64,000 nt of DNA from Candidatus Rokuibacteriota bacterium. GTDB lineage: Bacteria; Methylomirabilota; Methylomirabilia; Rokubacteriales; CSP1-6. Positions 54,516 through 63,998 of the stretch are shown in pieces. How positions within the stretch are numbered: position 1 is the stretch's first letter; each line of letters starts with the position of its first letter. The DNA is taken from NCBI GenBank assembly GCA_016200085.1, contig JACQFL010000048.1:15350-79349 (forward strand), written 5' to 3'. A model generated the notes under the pieces. The model saw only the letters and a program-made list of their open reading frames with translations. It made no database searches and was not told the origin of the DNA. Made by a program: the position numbers and the translations under genes.

Positions 54516-56693
54516 TCAGAACAGGTTGAGCTGCGCCGCCGGGTCGGCCTCCGGGGCGGGTGGCCGCAGCGCCGTGTCCTCCGTGAACGCGCGGAAGCGG
54601 TCCCAGATCTCGCGAACCTTCGCCTGGTAGTACTCGACGTTCTCGTCGGGCGCGGCCGGGTCCCACTCCGTCACCAGACGGGCGCGCTCGTTCACCGCCA
54701 CCGAGGCGCCCCGTCCCGCCACGTAGTACGCGATCTGATCACCGGGCTGCCAGGGCCGTCCCGACGCGCACGCGAGCTCGTAGCCCGCCGACGGGTTGCG
54801 CGCGCCCGCCCGGATCTTCTCGCGGTAGGCCTCGAGGGACTCGCCGAGGGTCTCGGTGCGCGCGAAGAGCTTCACGGGCACGCGGCGGTGGGCGAAGTCG
54901 TCGAGCCAGCGATCGACGGCGAGCCTGACCTCGGGAGCGCGGCCGGTGAGGAGCAGACCGATGACTTCCTCGATCAGGCGGCGCTGGAAGGGCTCGAGGC
55001 CGCGCGAGCGGAAGCCCGAGCCCCTGAGCGTGACGCGCCCGCGGTCGTCGAGCAGCGCGTAGGTCTTCGCCTTGTAGGAGAACATCGCGGCGTAGCGCTC
55101 CTCGAGCTCGAGCTGGATCCCGGCCGGGAGCGCCGGCGCCACGCGCTCCAGGAGGGTCTCGTGGGCGGGCGGGGCGTGCTGCGGAGGCGGCACGAAGTAG
55201 ACGCCGTCGGTATCCGCCTCGACGACGACCGCGCCCAGCTCGCCGAGCCGGTCGATGATTGCCCGGATCACGCCCTGGCCCTGGGACGTGACCCGGTTGG
55301 CGGCGTCGAAGTCGTTCCAGTGGCCGTGGCCGAAAGCGAGGTAGCCGTAGAAGGAGTTGATGAGGATCTTGAAGGACTGCGACAGCGCGGCCCAGTGCGC
55401 CCGCTCGTCGGCGGTGGCGGCGGCTTGCATCCGTCGCTTGGCGTCGACGCGGACGTCGCGCAGGTGGGCCAGCAGCGTCGGGAAGGCGCCCAGGTGATCG
55501 CTCGCCGGCGCGATGCCGGAGGCCAGCATCAGCGACGGGTACAGCGAGGTCACGTCGGCGTGCAGCACGGGCCGGGCGACGCCTTCCCGGAAGAGCGCGA
55601 CGTAGCCGCCGCCGACCGCGGTGCCCGGGCGCGGCGCCGGCACGGCCTGGCGCTCGTGAAGGTACGCGCGCATGAGCAGGGCGTCCACCTTGGCCGCGCT
55701 GCCGCGCAGCATCGCCGACTGGTAGTCGAACGGCACGAGCTGGGCCTGGGCGAAGTACGGCGGCGACAGGATCTCGGAGATCCTCAGCGTCTCGAGGGCG
55801 TCGTCGGCGGCGTAGGCCATCAGGCGGTCCGGGGCCTCGCGCAGCTCGCGGGCGATGGCGGAGGCGTCGACGTACGTCCGGTCGGGCGCGGCCACGCCGA
55901 AGTGTCGCGCGATGTCCTTGAGCCCGAAGGAGGGCAGGTCGCGCGCGCCGACGTCGAAGAGCTGGGCGAGCATCCAGGTGTCGACGATGGCGCGCCCGGC
56001 GACGTCGTAGCGGCGGTAGTCGAGCGTGCGCTCGGCGATCTGCAGGCGGCTGTAGCGCCCGCGCAGCGCGCTGCCGTCGCGGCCCCAGGCCAGGCTCACC
56101 CCGTGACGGCGGGAGCGGGCTTCGAGGTATTCCAGGTCGAACCGGAAGATGTTGTGGCCCTCGAGGACGTCGGGATCGCGCTCGCGGATGATGCGGGTGC
56201 ACTCGGCGAGGAGCTCGGCCTCGCCCATGCGGTCGCCCCGGATCACGTGCGAGAAGCCGCCGCTGTCGGCCAGGCCGACGGCCACGATGCGGTCACCCTC
56301 GCGGGCGGCGTTGGGGAAGTCGTAGCCCTCGGTGGTGACGACCTCGATGTCGAGGGCCAGCCTTCGCAGGTCCTTGAACGTCATGCCGCCGAACGACGTC
56401 CGCCCGGTCGAGAGGAGGTACTGGTGCACGGGGTCGGGAAGGAAATGGTAGGGCGCATCGGCAGCGCCGGGTCCGCGGCCGCTGGCCTGGCGGCACCGGT
56501 CGCGCGCGGCGAGCGCCGCGGACCACGACCCGAAGCGGGCGAGCCAGCGGAAGGCTCCCGGCCCGTCGAGCTTGACGAGGTCGACGAGACCGTCGGCGCC
56601 CGCGAGCAGGACCTCCTCCGCCGCGAGCAGGAACGGCGCGAAGGCGTCGGTCTCGACGGCGATGCCCGACGGGGAGCGGCGGTAGAGCCGCAT
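54516..56693 (-). CDS. Family-B DNA polymerase (Pol II-like)
   Basis: Exonuclease motifs, SLYPS, KILINSFYG (motif B), ADTDGV (motif C variant). Confidence 0.75.
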   Translation of the reverse strand: MRLYRRSPSGIAVETDAFAPFLLAAEEVLLAGADGLVDLVKLDGPGAFRWLARFGSWSAALAARDRCRQASGRGPGAADAPYHFLPDPVHQYLLSTGRTSFGGMTFKDLRRLALDIEVVTTEGYDFPNAAREGDRIVAVGLADSGGFSHVIRGDRMGEAELLAECTRIIRERDPDVLEGHNIFRFDLEYLEARSRRHGVSLAWGRDGSALRGRYSRLQIAERTLDYRRYDVAGRAIVDTWMLAQLFDVGARDLPSFGLKDIARHFGVAAPDRTYVDASAIARELREAPDRLMAYAADDALETLRISEILSPPYFAQAQLVPFDYQSAMLRGSAAKVDALLMRAYLHERQAVPAPRPGTAVGGGYVALFREGVARPVLHADVTSLYPSLMLASGIAPASDHLGAFPTLLAHLRDVRVDAKRRMQAAATADERAHWAALSQSFKILINSFYGYLAFGHGHWNDFDAANRVTSQGQGVIRAIIDRLGELGAVVVEADTDGVYFVPPPQHAPPAHETLLERVAPALPAGIQLELEERYAAMFSYKAKTYALLDDRGRVTLRGSGFRSRGLEPFQRRLIEEVIGLLLTGRAPEVRLAVDRWLDDFAHRRVPVKLFARTETLGESLEAYREKIRAGARNPSAGYELACASGRPWQPGDQIAYYVAGRGASVAVNERARLVTEWDPAAPDENVEYYQAKVREIWDRFRAFTEDTALRPPAPEADPAAQLNLF

Positions 56694-56874
56694 GGCGCAG
56701 CCGCCATCGGCGAGGTCGAAGGCCAGCAGGCCGGGGGTGCGATCCCAGCCGAGGAGCAGGGAGTCTACCGCCGCGCCTCCGCCACCAGCGCGCGAGACGA
56801 CTCCAGGTGCCCAACGGTGGCGCGGCCCGTGGAGGGGGCGAAGACGGCGGCGATCAGCGCGACGGGTGCGTGGC

Positions 56875-57060
56875 TCATGACGGGATTCTACCGTGTCTCC
56901 ACGACTCGACGCGACCCGAGCGAAGCGTCACGGTGACGTCGGCGATCGCGGGGTCGACATCGCGGATCTCGATCTTCTCTATGTCCGCCGTCGCAATATC
57001 GCGCGCGTCGAGCTCGTGCTGGAACGCCGGCCAGTTCTCTGGACGGAACCCGTACGTCAT
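56875..57060 (-). CDS. Small hypothetical protein (61 aa)
   Basis: GGGGAAAGGCGGAG Shine-Dalgarno sequence before ATG. MTYGFRPENWPAFQHELDARDIATADIEKIEIRDV... Confidence 0.35.
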   Translation of the reverse strand: MTYGFRPENWPAFQHELDARDIATADIEKIEIRDVDPAIADVTVTLRSGRVESWRHGRIPS

Positions 57061-57176
57061 GCCGCTCCGCCTTTCCCCGTGGCGTGTGGAGTCGCCGCGC
57101 GCGTGACGTCGCCTCGCCTCGTACTCTCCCACGTGCGTGGGGTGGGCGCAATCGCCGTAGGCGCCGACGTCACGGT

Positions 57177-58053
57177 ATGCTGAAGCGCATGCCCTCCCGG
57201 AGCGGCGTCTCGCGTGCGCGCGGAGGATCGTGGACGATCGTCATCGTGCTGCTGCTCGCGGCCGGATGCGCCAGCGTCAGCTTCCCGAGCCTGTCACCCA
57301 CGCCGTCGATCCGGATCACCGGCCGGATCTTCCGGCCCAAAGGGCGCGGCCCGTTCCCGGCGGTGGTGCTGCTGCACAGCTGCCACGGGGTCTCGGCGTC
57401 GGCCCCTCGACTGGGGGCGATGGTTCGCGACGGAGGGCCATGTCGCGCTCGTGGCCGATAGCTGGGGAGCGCGCGGGATGAAGGAGAGCTGCACGCCGGC
57501 GTCGAAGGACGTCGAGACCACCGCGCGGCTCGACGACGCGCTCGGGGCGCCGCGTTTCTTACAGTCCGACCCCACGGTCGATCCGCGGCGCGTCGGCGCC
57601 ATCGGCTGGTCCAACGGCGGGGATTCGCCATCGGCGTGATCAACGGCCCGAGTCTCGAGCGGGCGCGCGCACGCGGCGTGGCCGTCCCCGAGCCGGGCTT
57701 TGCCGCTGCCGTCGGGGTGTATCCGGGCACGTGCGGGCCGTTCACGCCGGAGCTGGTGGTGCGGCCGCTGCTCGTGCTCATCGGCGAGGCGGACGACTGG
57801 ACGGTCGCCCGGCGCTGCGTCGAGATGGTCGAGGCGATGCGGGCGCGCGGCGCCGAGGCCTCGATCGTGCTCTATCCCGGTGCCTACCACTACTTCGACA
57901 TCGAGGGCCAGGCCAAGGCCTACCTCGCCGACGTGAAACCAGAACAAGCCCGACGCCTGCTGCGGCGCCACCGTCGCCTACGACCCCGCCGCGGCCGCCG
58001 ACGCCCACCGCCAGGTGCGCGACTTCTTCGGCTATCATCTCAGGGCCCGGTAG
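57177..58053 (+). pseudogene. Dienelactone hydrolase-family lipoprotein gene, disrupted by at least 3 frameshifts
   Basis: Homology runs across three ORFs in different frames (57084.., 57214.., 57636..). The C-terminal segment …ATVAYDPAAAADAHRQVRDFFGYHL is in yet another frame. Lipobox LLLAAGCAS. Confidence 0.6.
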
Positions 58054-58105
58054 GACATCGAAGGGGACCTCGCCGGCCCCCTCCGAGCCAGCGAGGAGAC
58101 GACCG

Positions 58106-58885
58106 ATGGATCTCGGACTCAAGGGGAAGACGGCGCTGGTCACGGCGTCGAGCAAGGGCATGGGGCGGGCCTGCGCGCTGGGGCTGGCCGCAGAGGGCGC
58201 GCGGGTGGTGATGTGCGCGCGGACCGAGGCCGATCTCCAGGCCACCGCCGATGACGTCCGGGCCAGGACGGGCGCCGAGGTCCTCGCGCTGCCCGCGGAC
58301 GTCACCAGGGAAACGGACGTGAAGAATCTTGTCGCGCGCGCCACCGAGCGGTTCGGCGGCGTGGACATCCTCATCGCCAACGCGGGCGGGCCGCCGCGCG
58401 GCAACTTCGACGACGTCAACGACCAGCAGTGGATCGGCGCCTTCGAGGTCTCCGTCCTCTCCGTGGTCCGGCTGATCCGCGCGGTGCTGCCGTCGATGCG
58501 GAAGAAGCGGTGGGGGCGGATCCTCACCATCCAGTCCGTGTCGGTCAAGCAGCCCGTGGAGGGGCTGCTCCTCTCCAATGCCGTGCGGCCGGGCGTCGCC
58601 GGCATGATGAAGACCATGACGCCCGAGCTCGGGAAGGACAACATCACGTTCAACGTGCTGTGCCCGGGCCGGATCATGACCGAGCGCTTGCTCGGTGGCG
58701 CCAGGCAGGCGGGCATGCCGGAGAAGGAATACCTCGAGAAGGTCGCGCTGGACATCCCGCTGCTCCGCGTGGGCACCCCCGAGGAGTTCGCCAACGTCGC
58801 GGTGTTCCTGGCCTCGGAGCGCTCCTCCTACGTCACGGGCGTCGCGCTGCAGATCGACGGAGGAGTGGTGCGCGCGCTGCTCTGA
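58106..58885 (+). CDS. SDR family oxidoreductase
   Basis: TASSKGMGRA ... NAG. 259 aa. Confidence 0.8.
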   Translation: MDLGLKGKTALVTASSKGMGRACALGLAAEGARVVMCARTEADLQATADDVRARTGAEVLALPADVTRETDVKNLVARATERFGGVDILIANAGGPPRGNFDDVNDQQWIGAFEVSVLSVVRLIRAVLPSMRKKRWGRILTIQSVSVKQPVEGLLLSNAVRPGVAGMMKTMTPELGKDNITFNVLCPGRIMTERLLGGARQAGMPEKEYLEKVALDIPLLRVGTPEEFANVAVFLASERSSYVTGVALQIDGGVVRALL

Positions 58886-58897
58886 GCCGACCGGCGC

Positions 58898-59692
58898 ATG
58901 CTGCGCGGCACGATCTCGCGGTTCTTCGCCAACGACGGCTTCTTCCTGGCCGCGGGACTCTCGTTCTTCTTCCTGATCTGCGTGATCCCGCTCGTCCTGA
59001 TCGGGGTCTCGACGGTCGGCTTCGTGCTGTCCAGCGAGCAGGCGACCCACGCCGTCATCGGCCAGCTCGTGCGGAACTTCCCCGTCTACCGGCACGAGAT
59101 CGAGCGAGCGATCCTGCGCATCGTGCAGACGCGCCGCGCCTCCGGCCTGGTGGGCACCGCGATGCTGGTGTTCTTCTCCACCCCCATCCTCGGGGCCTGC
59201 CGGCTCGTGCTGCACCGGATGCTCGGCGTGCGGGGAACGCGAGGCTATCTCCGCAATCTCCTGGTGGACGCCAGCATCGTCCTCATGCTGGGCGTGCTGC
59301 TCTTCGCGGGCACGATCGTGATCTGGACGGCGGACTGGCTCCAGGCCTTCGTGCTGGAGCCGGCCCGGGTGCCCGGGCGGTGGATCGACGCCGCCCAGAA
59401 CGGGGTCAGCCTGCTCCTGTCGATCTGGATGTTCTATCTCGCCTACCGCTTCGTGCCCCAGCGCCAGCCCCGCAAGGCCGCCGCCCTGGCGGGCGCCGTC
59501 CTGGCCGCGGTGCTGTGGGAGATCGCCAAGCAGCTTTTCCGGATGTACATCCGCAACGTCGGTATCTACGACCAGATCTACGGCACGCTGGGGGTGCTCG
59601 TGGCCTTCGTGATGTTCGTCTACTACTCGGCCATGGTGTTCGTGCTCGGCGCGTCGTTCGTGGCCTCGGTCGAGGCCCGGCGCCGCGGGTGA
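58898..59692 (+). CDS. YihY/BrkB (ribonuclease BN-like) family inner-membrane protein
   Basis: FFLAAGLSFFFLICVIPL ... 6 TM segments. Confidence 0.75.
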   Translation: MLRGTISRFFANDGFFLAAGLSFFFLICVIPLVLIGVSTVGFVLSSEQATHAVIGQLVRNFPVYRHEIERAILRIVQTRRASGLVGTAMLVFFSTPILGACRLVLHRMLGVRGTRGYLRNLLVDASIVLMLGVLLFAGTIVIWTADWLQAFVLEPARVPGRWIDAAQNGVSLLLSIWMFYLAYRFVPQRQPRKAAALAGAVLAAVLWEIAKQLFRMYIRNVGIYDQIYGTLGVLVAFVMFVYYSAMVFVLGASFVASVEARRRG

Positions 59693-59707
59693 GAGGAGGG
59701 TCCTGCC

Positions 59708-60232
59708 ATGGAGCGCACCCCCGAGGGGCTCGACCACACGGTGACGAGCCGGGACATCACCTTCGAGGCGGACGTCACGTCGGTGACCCCGTTCCTGAAG
59801 CTCGCCACGGTGAGCCGCGGCGGCGGTGATCACATGACGTTCGCGTGCGACGAGGGACCGAGCCTCGGCGGGCTGGGCTCGGCGCCCACGCCGCTGATGT
59901 ATTTCAGCGCCGCCCTCGCCTTCTGACTCATGACCCAGGTGTCCCGGTACGGGCACATGCTCAAGGTCGAGGTGACGCGCATGCGCATGCGCGTCCGGGC
60001 GCATTACCGCGTCACGGGGTCGGTCCTGAACGACACGATCGAGGGGGAGATGGTCGGCGCCGACACCATCCTGGAGCTCGAGTCGCCGGCGCCGCCCGAC
60101 CAGGTCGCCCGGGTGATCCGCAACGCGGAGCGCGGCTGCTTCGTCATGCAGGCGCTGCTGAAGCCCGTGCCCGTGGCCGCCACGACGGTGCTGAATGGCC
60201 AGGCCCTGCCGGCGCGACGCGACGCGTTGTGA
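59708..60232 (+). CDS. OsmC/Ohr-family peroxiredoxin-like selenoprotein. In-frame TGA at 59924..59926 at the first conserved Cys (SAALAF-U-LMTQV).
   Basis: ORFs 59708..59926 and 59930..60232 are in the same frame with only a TGA between them. The second conserved OsmC Cys is present (AERGCFVMQAL). Confidence 0.6.
59939..59956 (+). other. SECIS-like hairpin downstream of the OsmC Sec-UGA
   Basis: UGA CUC AUG ACC CAG GUGuCCCG-GUA-CGGGCAC. The stem has one bulge, the loop GUA contains a G, and it starts about 12 nt after the UGA. Confidence 0.4.
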
Positions 60233-60274
60233 TATCGTTCCGGCGCCCAGAACACGGCGAGCCGGAGGATCTCC

Positions 60275-61186
60275 ATGGTGCTCAAGGACAAGGTGGCGGT
60301 GGTGACGGGCGCGGCGCGAGGCATCGGCCGCGAGATCGCGCTGCTGATGGCGCGCCATGGCGCGCGGGTCGTGGTCAACGACTACGGCGGCTCCGAGTCG
60401 GGGCAGGGCGGCGCGAAGGCGCCGGCCGACGAGGTCGTCGGCGAGATCAAGTCCGGCGGCGGCGAGGCGGTCGCCAGCTACGACAGCGTCGCGACCATGG
60501 CGGGCGGCCAGAGGATCGTGCAGACCGCGCTCGACGTCTTCAAGCGGATCGACATCGTCGTCAACAACGCCGGCATCCTGCGCGACCGGATGATCTTCAA
60601 CATGACGGAGGAGGAGTGGGACGCCGTCATCGACACTCACCTCAAGGGCACCTTCGCGGTGACGCGGGCGGCGGCCCCGCTCATGCGCGAGCAGCGCTCG
60701 GGCCGCTTCATCAACATGACGTCCACCTCGGGGCTGGTGGGCAACGTCGGCCAGGCGAACTACGCCGCGGCCAAGCTCGGCATCGTGGGGCTCACGAAGG
60801 TCGTCGCGCTCGACATGGCGCGCTACAACGTGACCGCCAACTGCATCTCGCCGTTCGCGTGGACGCGGATGATCGGCACAATCCCGACCACGACCGAGGC
60901 GCAGTCGTCGCGCGTGGAGAAGATCAAGAAGATGTCGCCCGCCCACATCGCGCCCGTGGCCGCCTTTCTCGCCACCGATCAGGCCAAGGACATCACCGGG
61001 CAGGTCTTCGGCGTCCGCGGCAAGGAGATCATGCTCTTCGGCCACATGCGCCCGATCATGCGCGTGCACCACGCCGACGGCTGGACGGTCGATCGCATCG
61101 CCGAGATGTTCCCGGGCACGCTGCAGCACCACCTGGTGCCGCTGGAGACCAGCGGCCAGTATTTTGATTACGATCCGCTCGTATGA
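60275..61186 (+). CDS. SDR family oxidoreductase (MFE-2/HSD17B4 dehydrogenase-domain-like)
   Basis: VTGAARGIGR ... NNAGILRD ... YAAAK. Confidence 0.8.
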   Translation: MVLKDKVAVVTGAARGIGREIALLMARHGARVVVNDYGGSESGQGGAKAPADEVVGEIKSGGGEAVASYDSVATMAGGQRIVQTALDVFKRIDIVVNNAGILRDRMIFNMTEEEWDAVIDTHLKGTFAVTRAAAPLMREQRSGRFINMTSTSGLVGNVGQANYAAAKLGIVGLTKVVALDMARYNVTANCISPFAWTRMIGTIPTTTEAQSSRVEKIKKMSPAHIAPVAAFLATDQAKDITGQVFGVRGKEIMLFGHMRPIMRVHHADGWTVDRIAEMFPGTLQHHLVPLETSGQYFDYDPLV

Positions 61187-61200
61187 CCCGCGGGGAACGG

Positions 61201-61226
61201 CCGGGGGGTTCTCGACCTCCCCCCTT
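61201..61226 (+). terminator. GC hairpin after the SDR gene
   Basis: ccGGGGGGttctcgaccTCCCCCCtt. Confidence 0.35.
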
Positions 61227-61429
61227 GTAGACGCCACGACCGAACGACGACGACTGCAGCACCACGGGCGCAGCTGATCGCGCCTGCCCCGTTCTCGGGC
61301 GGCGTCGACGCTCGACCCGAGCGGGAACGGCGTCGCCGGTGCTGGCCACTGGAAGCTTTGACAACACGGCACGTGAAAAGCTCTTCCCTTCCTGCGTGGT
61401 CTGGTGCAAGATCGCGCGGGCGCTGGGAA

Positions 61430-62302
61430 ATGGATTTCTCGCGTACGAGCGCGTGCGTTCTGTCCCGAGGGATCGGGCTCCTCGTGCTCGTCACTCTCGT
61501 GCTCGTGGCCGGCTGCGGCAGCGGGCGCGTGGTCCTCCCGCTGACCATCGACGGCGGGGCGTCGCCTCCGGGCAGCGATCCCCGCACCTTCACCACCGAC
61601 GAGTCCGCCGTCCGCGCGATCGCCGCGCTCATGGTCCACGAGCTGGACCTGCCCATCCCCGACCGCCTCACGGTCTTCGTCTACGAGTCGCGGCGCGTGT
61701 TCGAGCAGGGGCTCGTGCACGACGGGCAGATCGCGCCGGTGCGCGCCGCCGAGCTGGGTGAGTTCGCCATCGGGGTGGGCAAGCGCCGCCAGCTGTTGCT
61801 CAACTCCGAGGGGGCCGATCGCCGGGGGCGGGAGTGGCTCCGGCTCATCGCCCACGAGCTGACCCACGTCTCCCAGATCGAGCTGGCCCAGGGCGAGGGC
61901 CGGGCCGAGCAGTGGCTCGCGGAGGGCATGGCGGAGTGGGTCGCCTTCAGCGTGCTGGAGCGCCTGCGCCTCGACACCGTCGCCCACCGGCGCGTGGTCT
62001 CGCGCTCGGGCATCCGCAACTACGCGGCCCTGGTCGCCGCCCGCCTGGACATCGAGACCCTGGGCTCGCCGCGTGGCTTCACCGTCCGCCACCGGCGCGA
62101 TGGCTCGCTGCCCACGTACCAGCTCGCGTTCCTGATGGCCGATTACCTGATCGAGCGCGAGGGGTTCACCAAGGTGATCGAGTACTTCCGGTCGTTCTCG
62201 ACCTCGCTCGACCGCCACGAGAACTTCGAGCGAGCGTTCGGCCAGACCCTGGCCGGCTTCGAGAGCGAGATCCTGACCCACCTCAAGACCGTCGTTCCCT
62301 GA
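61430..62302 (+). CDS. Lipoprotein with an HExxH zincin-like motif (putative metallopeptidase; DUF-like)
   Basis: Lipobox LVAGCGS. HELTHV...EGMAEW. Confidence 0.55.
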   Translation: MDFSRTSACVLSRGIGLLVLVTLVLVAGCGSGRVVLPLTIDGGASPPGSDPRTFTTDESAVRAIAALMVHELDLPIPDRLTVFVYESRRVFEQGLVHDGQIAPVRAAELGEFAIGVGKRRQLLLNSEGADRRGREWLRLIAHELTHVSQIELAQGEGRAEQWLAEGMAEWVAFSVLERLRLDTVAHRRVVSRSGIRNYAALVAARLDIETLGSPRGFTVRHRRDGSLPTYQLAFLMADYLIEREGFTKVIEYFRSFSTSLDRHENFERAFGQTLAGFESEILTHLKTVVP

Positions 62303-63998
62303 CGCCGGCGCTCCGGCGCCGCCACGCGACAGCCGCCGCCGTCGCCGCCCCCAGCACGCTCACGGCCATCCCGGCCGCGTCCGCGGGCCCGGGCGCGTAG
62401 ACCAGATCGATGCGCGCGCCCGGTGCCGGCGCACGCACCTCGAGATCGCCCGCCATCCCGCGCCGCAGGGCCACGGGCCGGCCGCCGCTCGTCGCCGTCC
62501 AGAGGGGGTAATAGGCGAGTCCCGCCGGCGCCCAGCCCGGGGACGCGGCGGACGCGACGAGCTGCCACCGGCCGGGGCCCAGACGCACGGCGCCGGGCGC
62601 CGGGCCGGAGCGAAGGAACAGCACGAACGGCGGGGACGTCACCCGGCGCGCGAACGTGCGATCGACGGCGAGGGCGCGCAGACGGGGCACGTCCTCGTCC
62701 AGGGCCACGATCACGCTGATCCCCAGCCGATCGACGACGGCGTCGAAGGCCGCGGCGTCGATCGTTGCGAGGGGCTCGCCGAAGACGCTGACGCCGTCGA
62801 GCTGCTCGGCGAGCTCGCGTAGCGGCGCGCGCCCGTCGCGGGGCCCGCGGTAGAAGAACGCGGCGACCGGTGAAGGGTGGGTGAACGTGCCCGAGATGAT
62901 CGCGCGCCCGGCGAAGAGCGGGGTGAGCGCGGTGACGTGGGTGTGCGGCCGGTACCACTCGCGGCCGTAGACGAGCGGCACCCCGGAGCGCAGGAAGAGC
63001 ACGCGGCCGGGTGGCGCGGCACGCAGCGCGTCCCAGAGCGCGGTGAGGCGGAGCCCGCGCGCCGTCGGCTCCCAGGCGGGCCACTCCGCGGCGCGCGCCC
63101 ACAGGGTGAGGGTGCCCGCGGGCAGCGAGAGCAGCACGGCCGCGGCGATCGCCACGCCGCTGGCGGCAGCGAGACGGCTGTTGGAGTATCGAGGAGCGGC
63201 CTGGGTTCCCCGGGGCGCTCCCGAGCGTGGGGGGCTTGGGGGCCATCTCGGGGCCCCCATGTGAGTCAATCCCAGCAGCCAGCGTCCGCCGACGGTACCC
63301 GCCGCGAGCACGGATGCCATCGCGACGCCGTCGACGGCGCGGTTCGCCGGCAGCCAGCGCAGCCCGAGCGGCTCCACCACCAGGGCGTCGAGGGCGACGA
63401 GGCCGGCGGCGACCAGCGGCAGCGCGCCCACGAGCAGCCCGGCCGGCGCGGACAGCGCGCGCGAGCGCCGGACCGCGATCAGCGCGGCGACCGCGAGGAG
63501 CGCGGGCAGGGGACGGAGCAGGAGCTCCGGCTGGAGCGCGCCCCACGCGAGCGCCCGCGCCTCCGCGAGCCGCACCAGGAGGGGCAGCGTCCAGAACGCG
63601 GTGAAGGCCGCCGCGAGCGCGAGGACGAAGGCCGCCGCCACCAGACGCTTCCGGCGCTCACCGCCCACACCGAGGGCGGCGAGGATGACGGCGGCGACGG
63701 CGGTGGGGAGGTGCGCGGGGTGGGTGAGCACGACGAGGGCGACGAGCGGCGCGCTGGCGAGGGGCGGACGGACAGCCGTCCATCCCGCGAGGACGAAGAC
63801 GAGGAGCGGCAGCAGCGCCCAGCCGAGCCGCGCCGCCACCATCCCGATGTGCAAGCCGCCTTCGACGCCGCTCGCCAGCCCGCCGGAGAGGGTCAGCGCG
63901 ACGAAGGCGCCCGGCAGCGCGGCCCAGCCGTTGCCGGTCAGCCGGGTCAGGGCCAGCCACGCCGTGAGCCCGGGCGCCACGTAGATGAGCCAGAGCAT
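62283..63998 (-). CDS. Large hypothetical polytopic membrane protein. It may extend past the window end.
   Basis: 571-aa ORF with many hydrophobic segments and a 20-nt overlap with the convergent lipoprotein gene. Function unknown. Confidence 0.5.
   Translation of the reverse strand: MLWLIYVAPGLTAWLALTRLTGNGWAALPGAFVALTLSGGLASGVEGGLHIGMVAARLGWALLPLLVFVLAGWTAVRPPLASAPLVALVVLTHPAHLPTAVAAVILAALGVGGERRKRLVAAAFVLALAAAFTAFWTLPLLVRLAEARALAWGALQPELLLRPLPALLAVAALIAVRRSRALSAPAGLLVGALPLVAAGLVALDALVVEPLGLRWLPANRAVDGVAMASVLAAGTVGGRWLLGLTHMGAPRWPPSPPRSGAPRGTQAAPRYSNSRLAAASGVAIAAAVLLSLPAGTLTLWARAAEWPAWEPTARGLRLTALWDALRAAPPGRVLFLRSGVPLVYGREWYRPHTHVTALTPLFAGRAIISGTFTHPSPVAAFFYRGPRDGRAPLRELAEQLDGVSVFGEPLATIDAAAFDAVVDRLGISVIVALDEDVPRLRALAVDRTFARRVTSPPFVLFLRSGPAPGAVRLGPGRWQLVASAASPGWAPAGLAYYPLWTATSGGRPVALRRGMAGDLEVRAPAPGARIDLVYAPGPADAAGMAVSVLGAATAAAVAWRRRSAGVRERRS

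Noticed and set aside
63227-63604. Pro/Arg/Ala-rich + ORFs near the window end (63043..63264, 63227..63604, 63601..63984)
   Set aside because: They are antisense to the large membrane-protein ORF, low-complexity, and have no start context.
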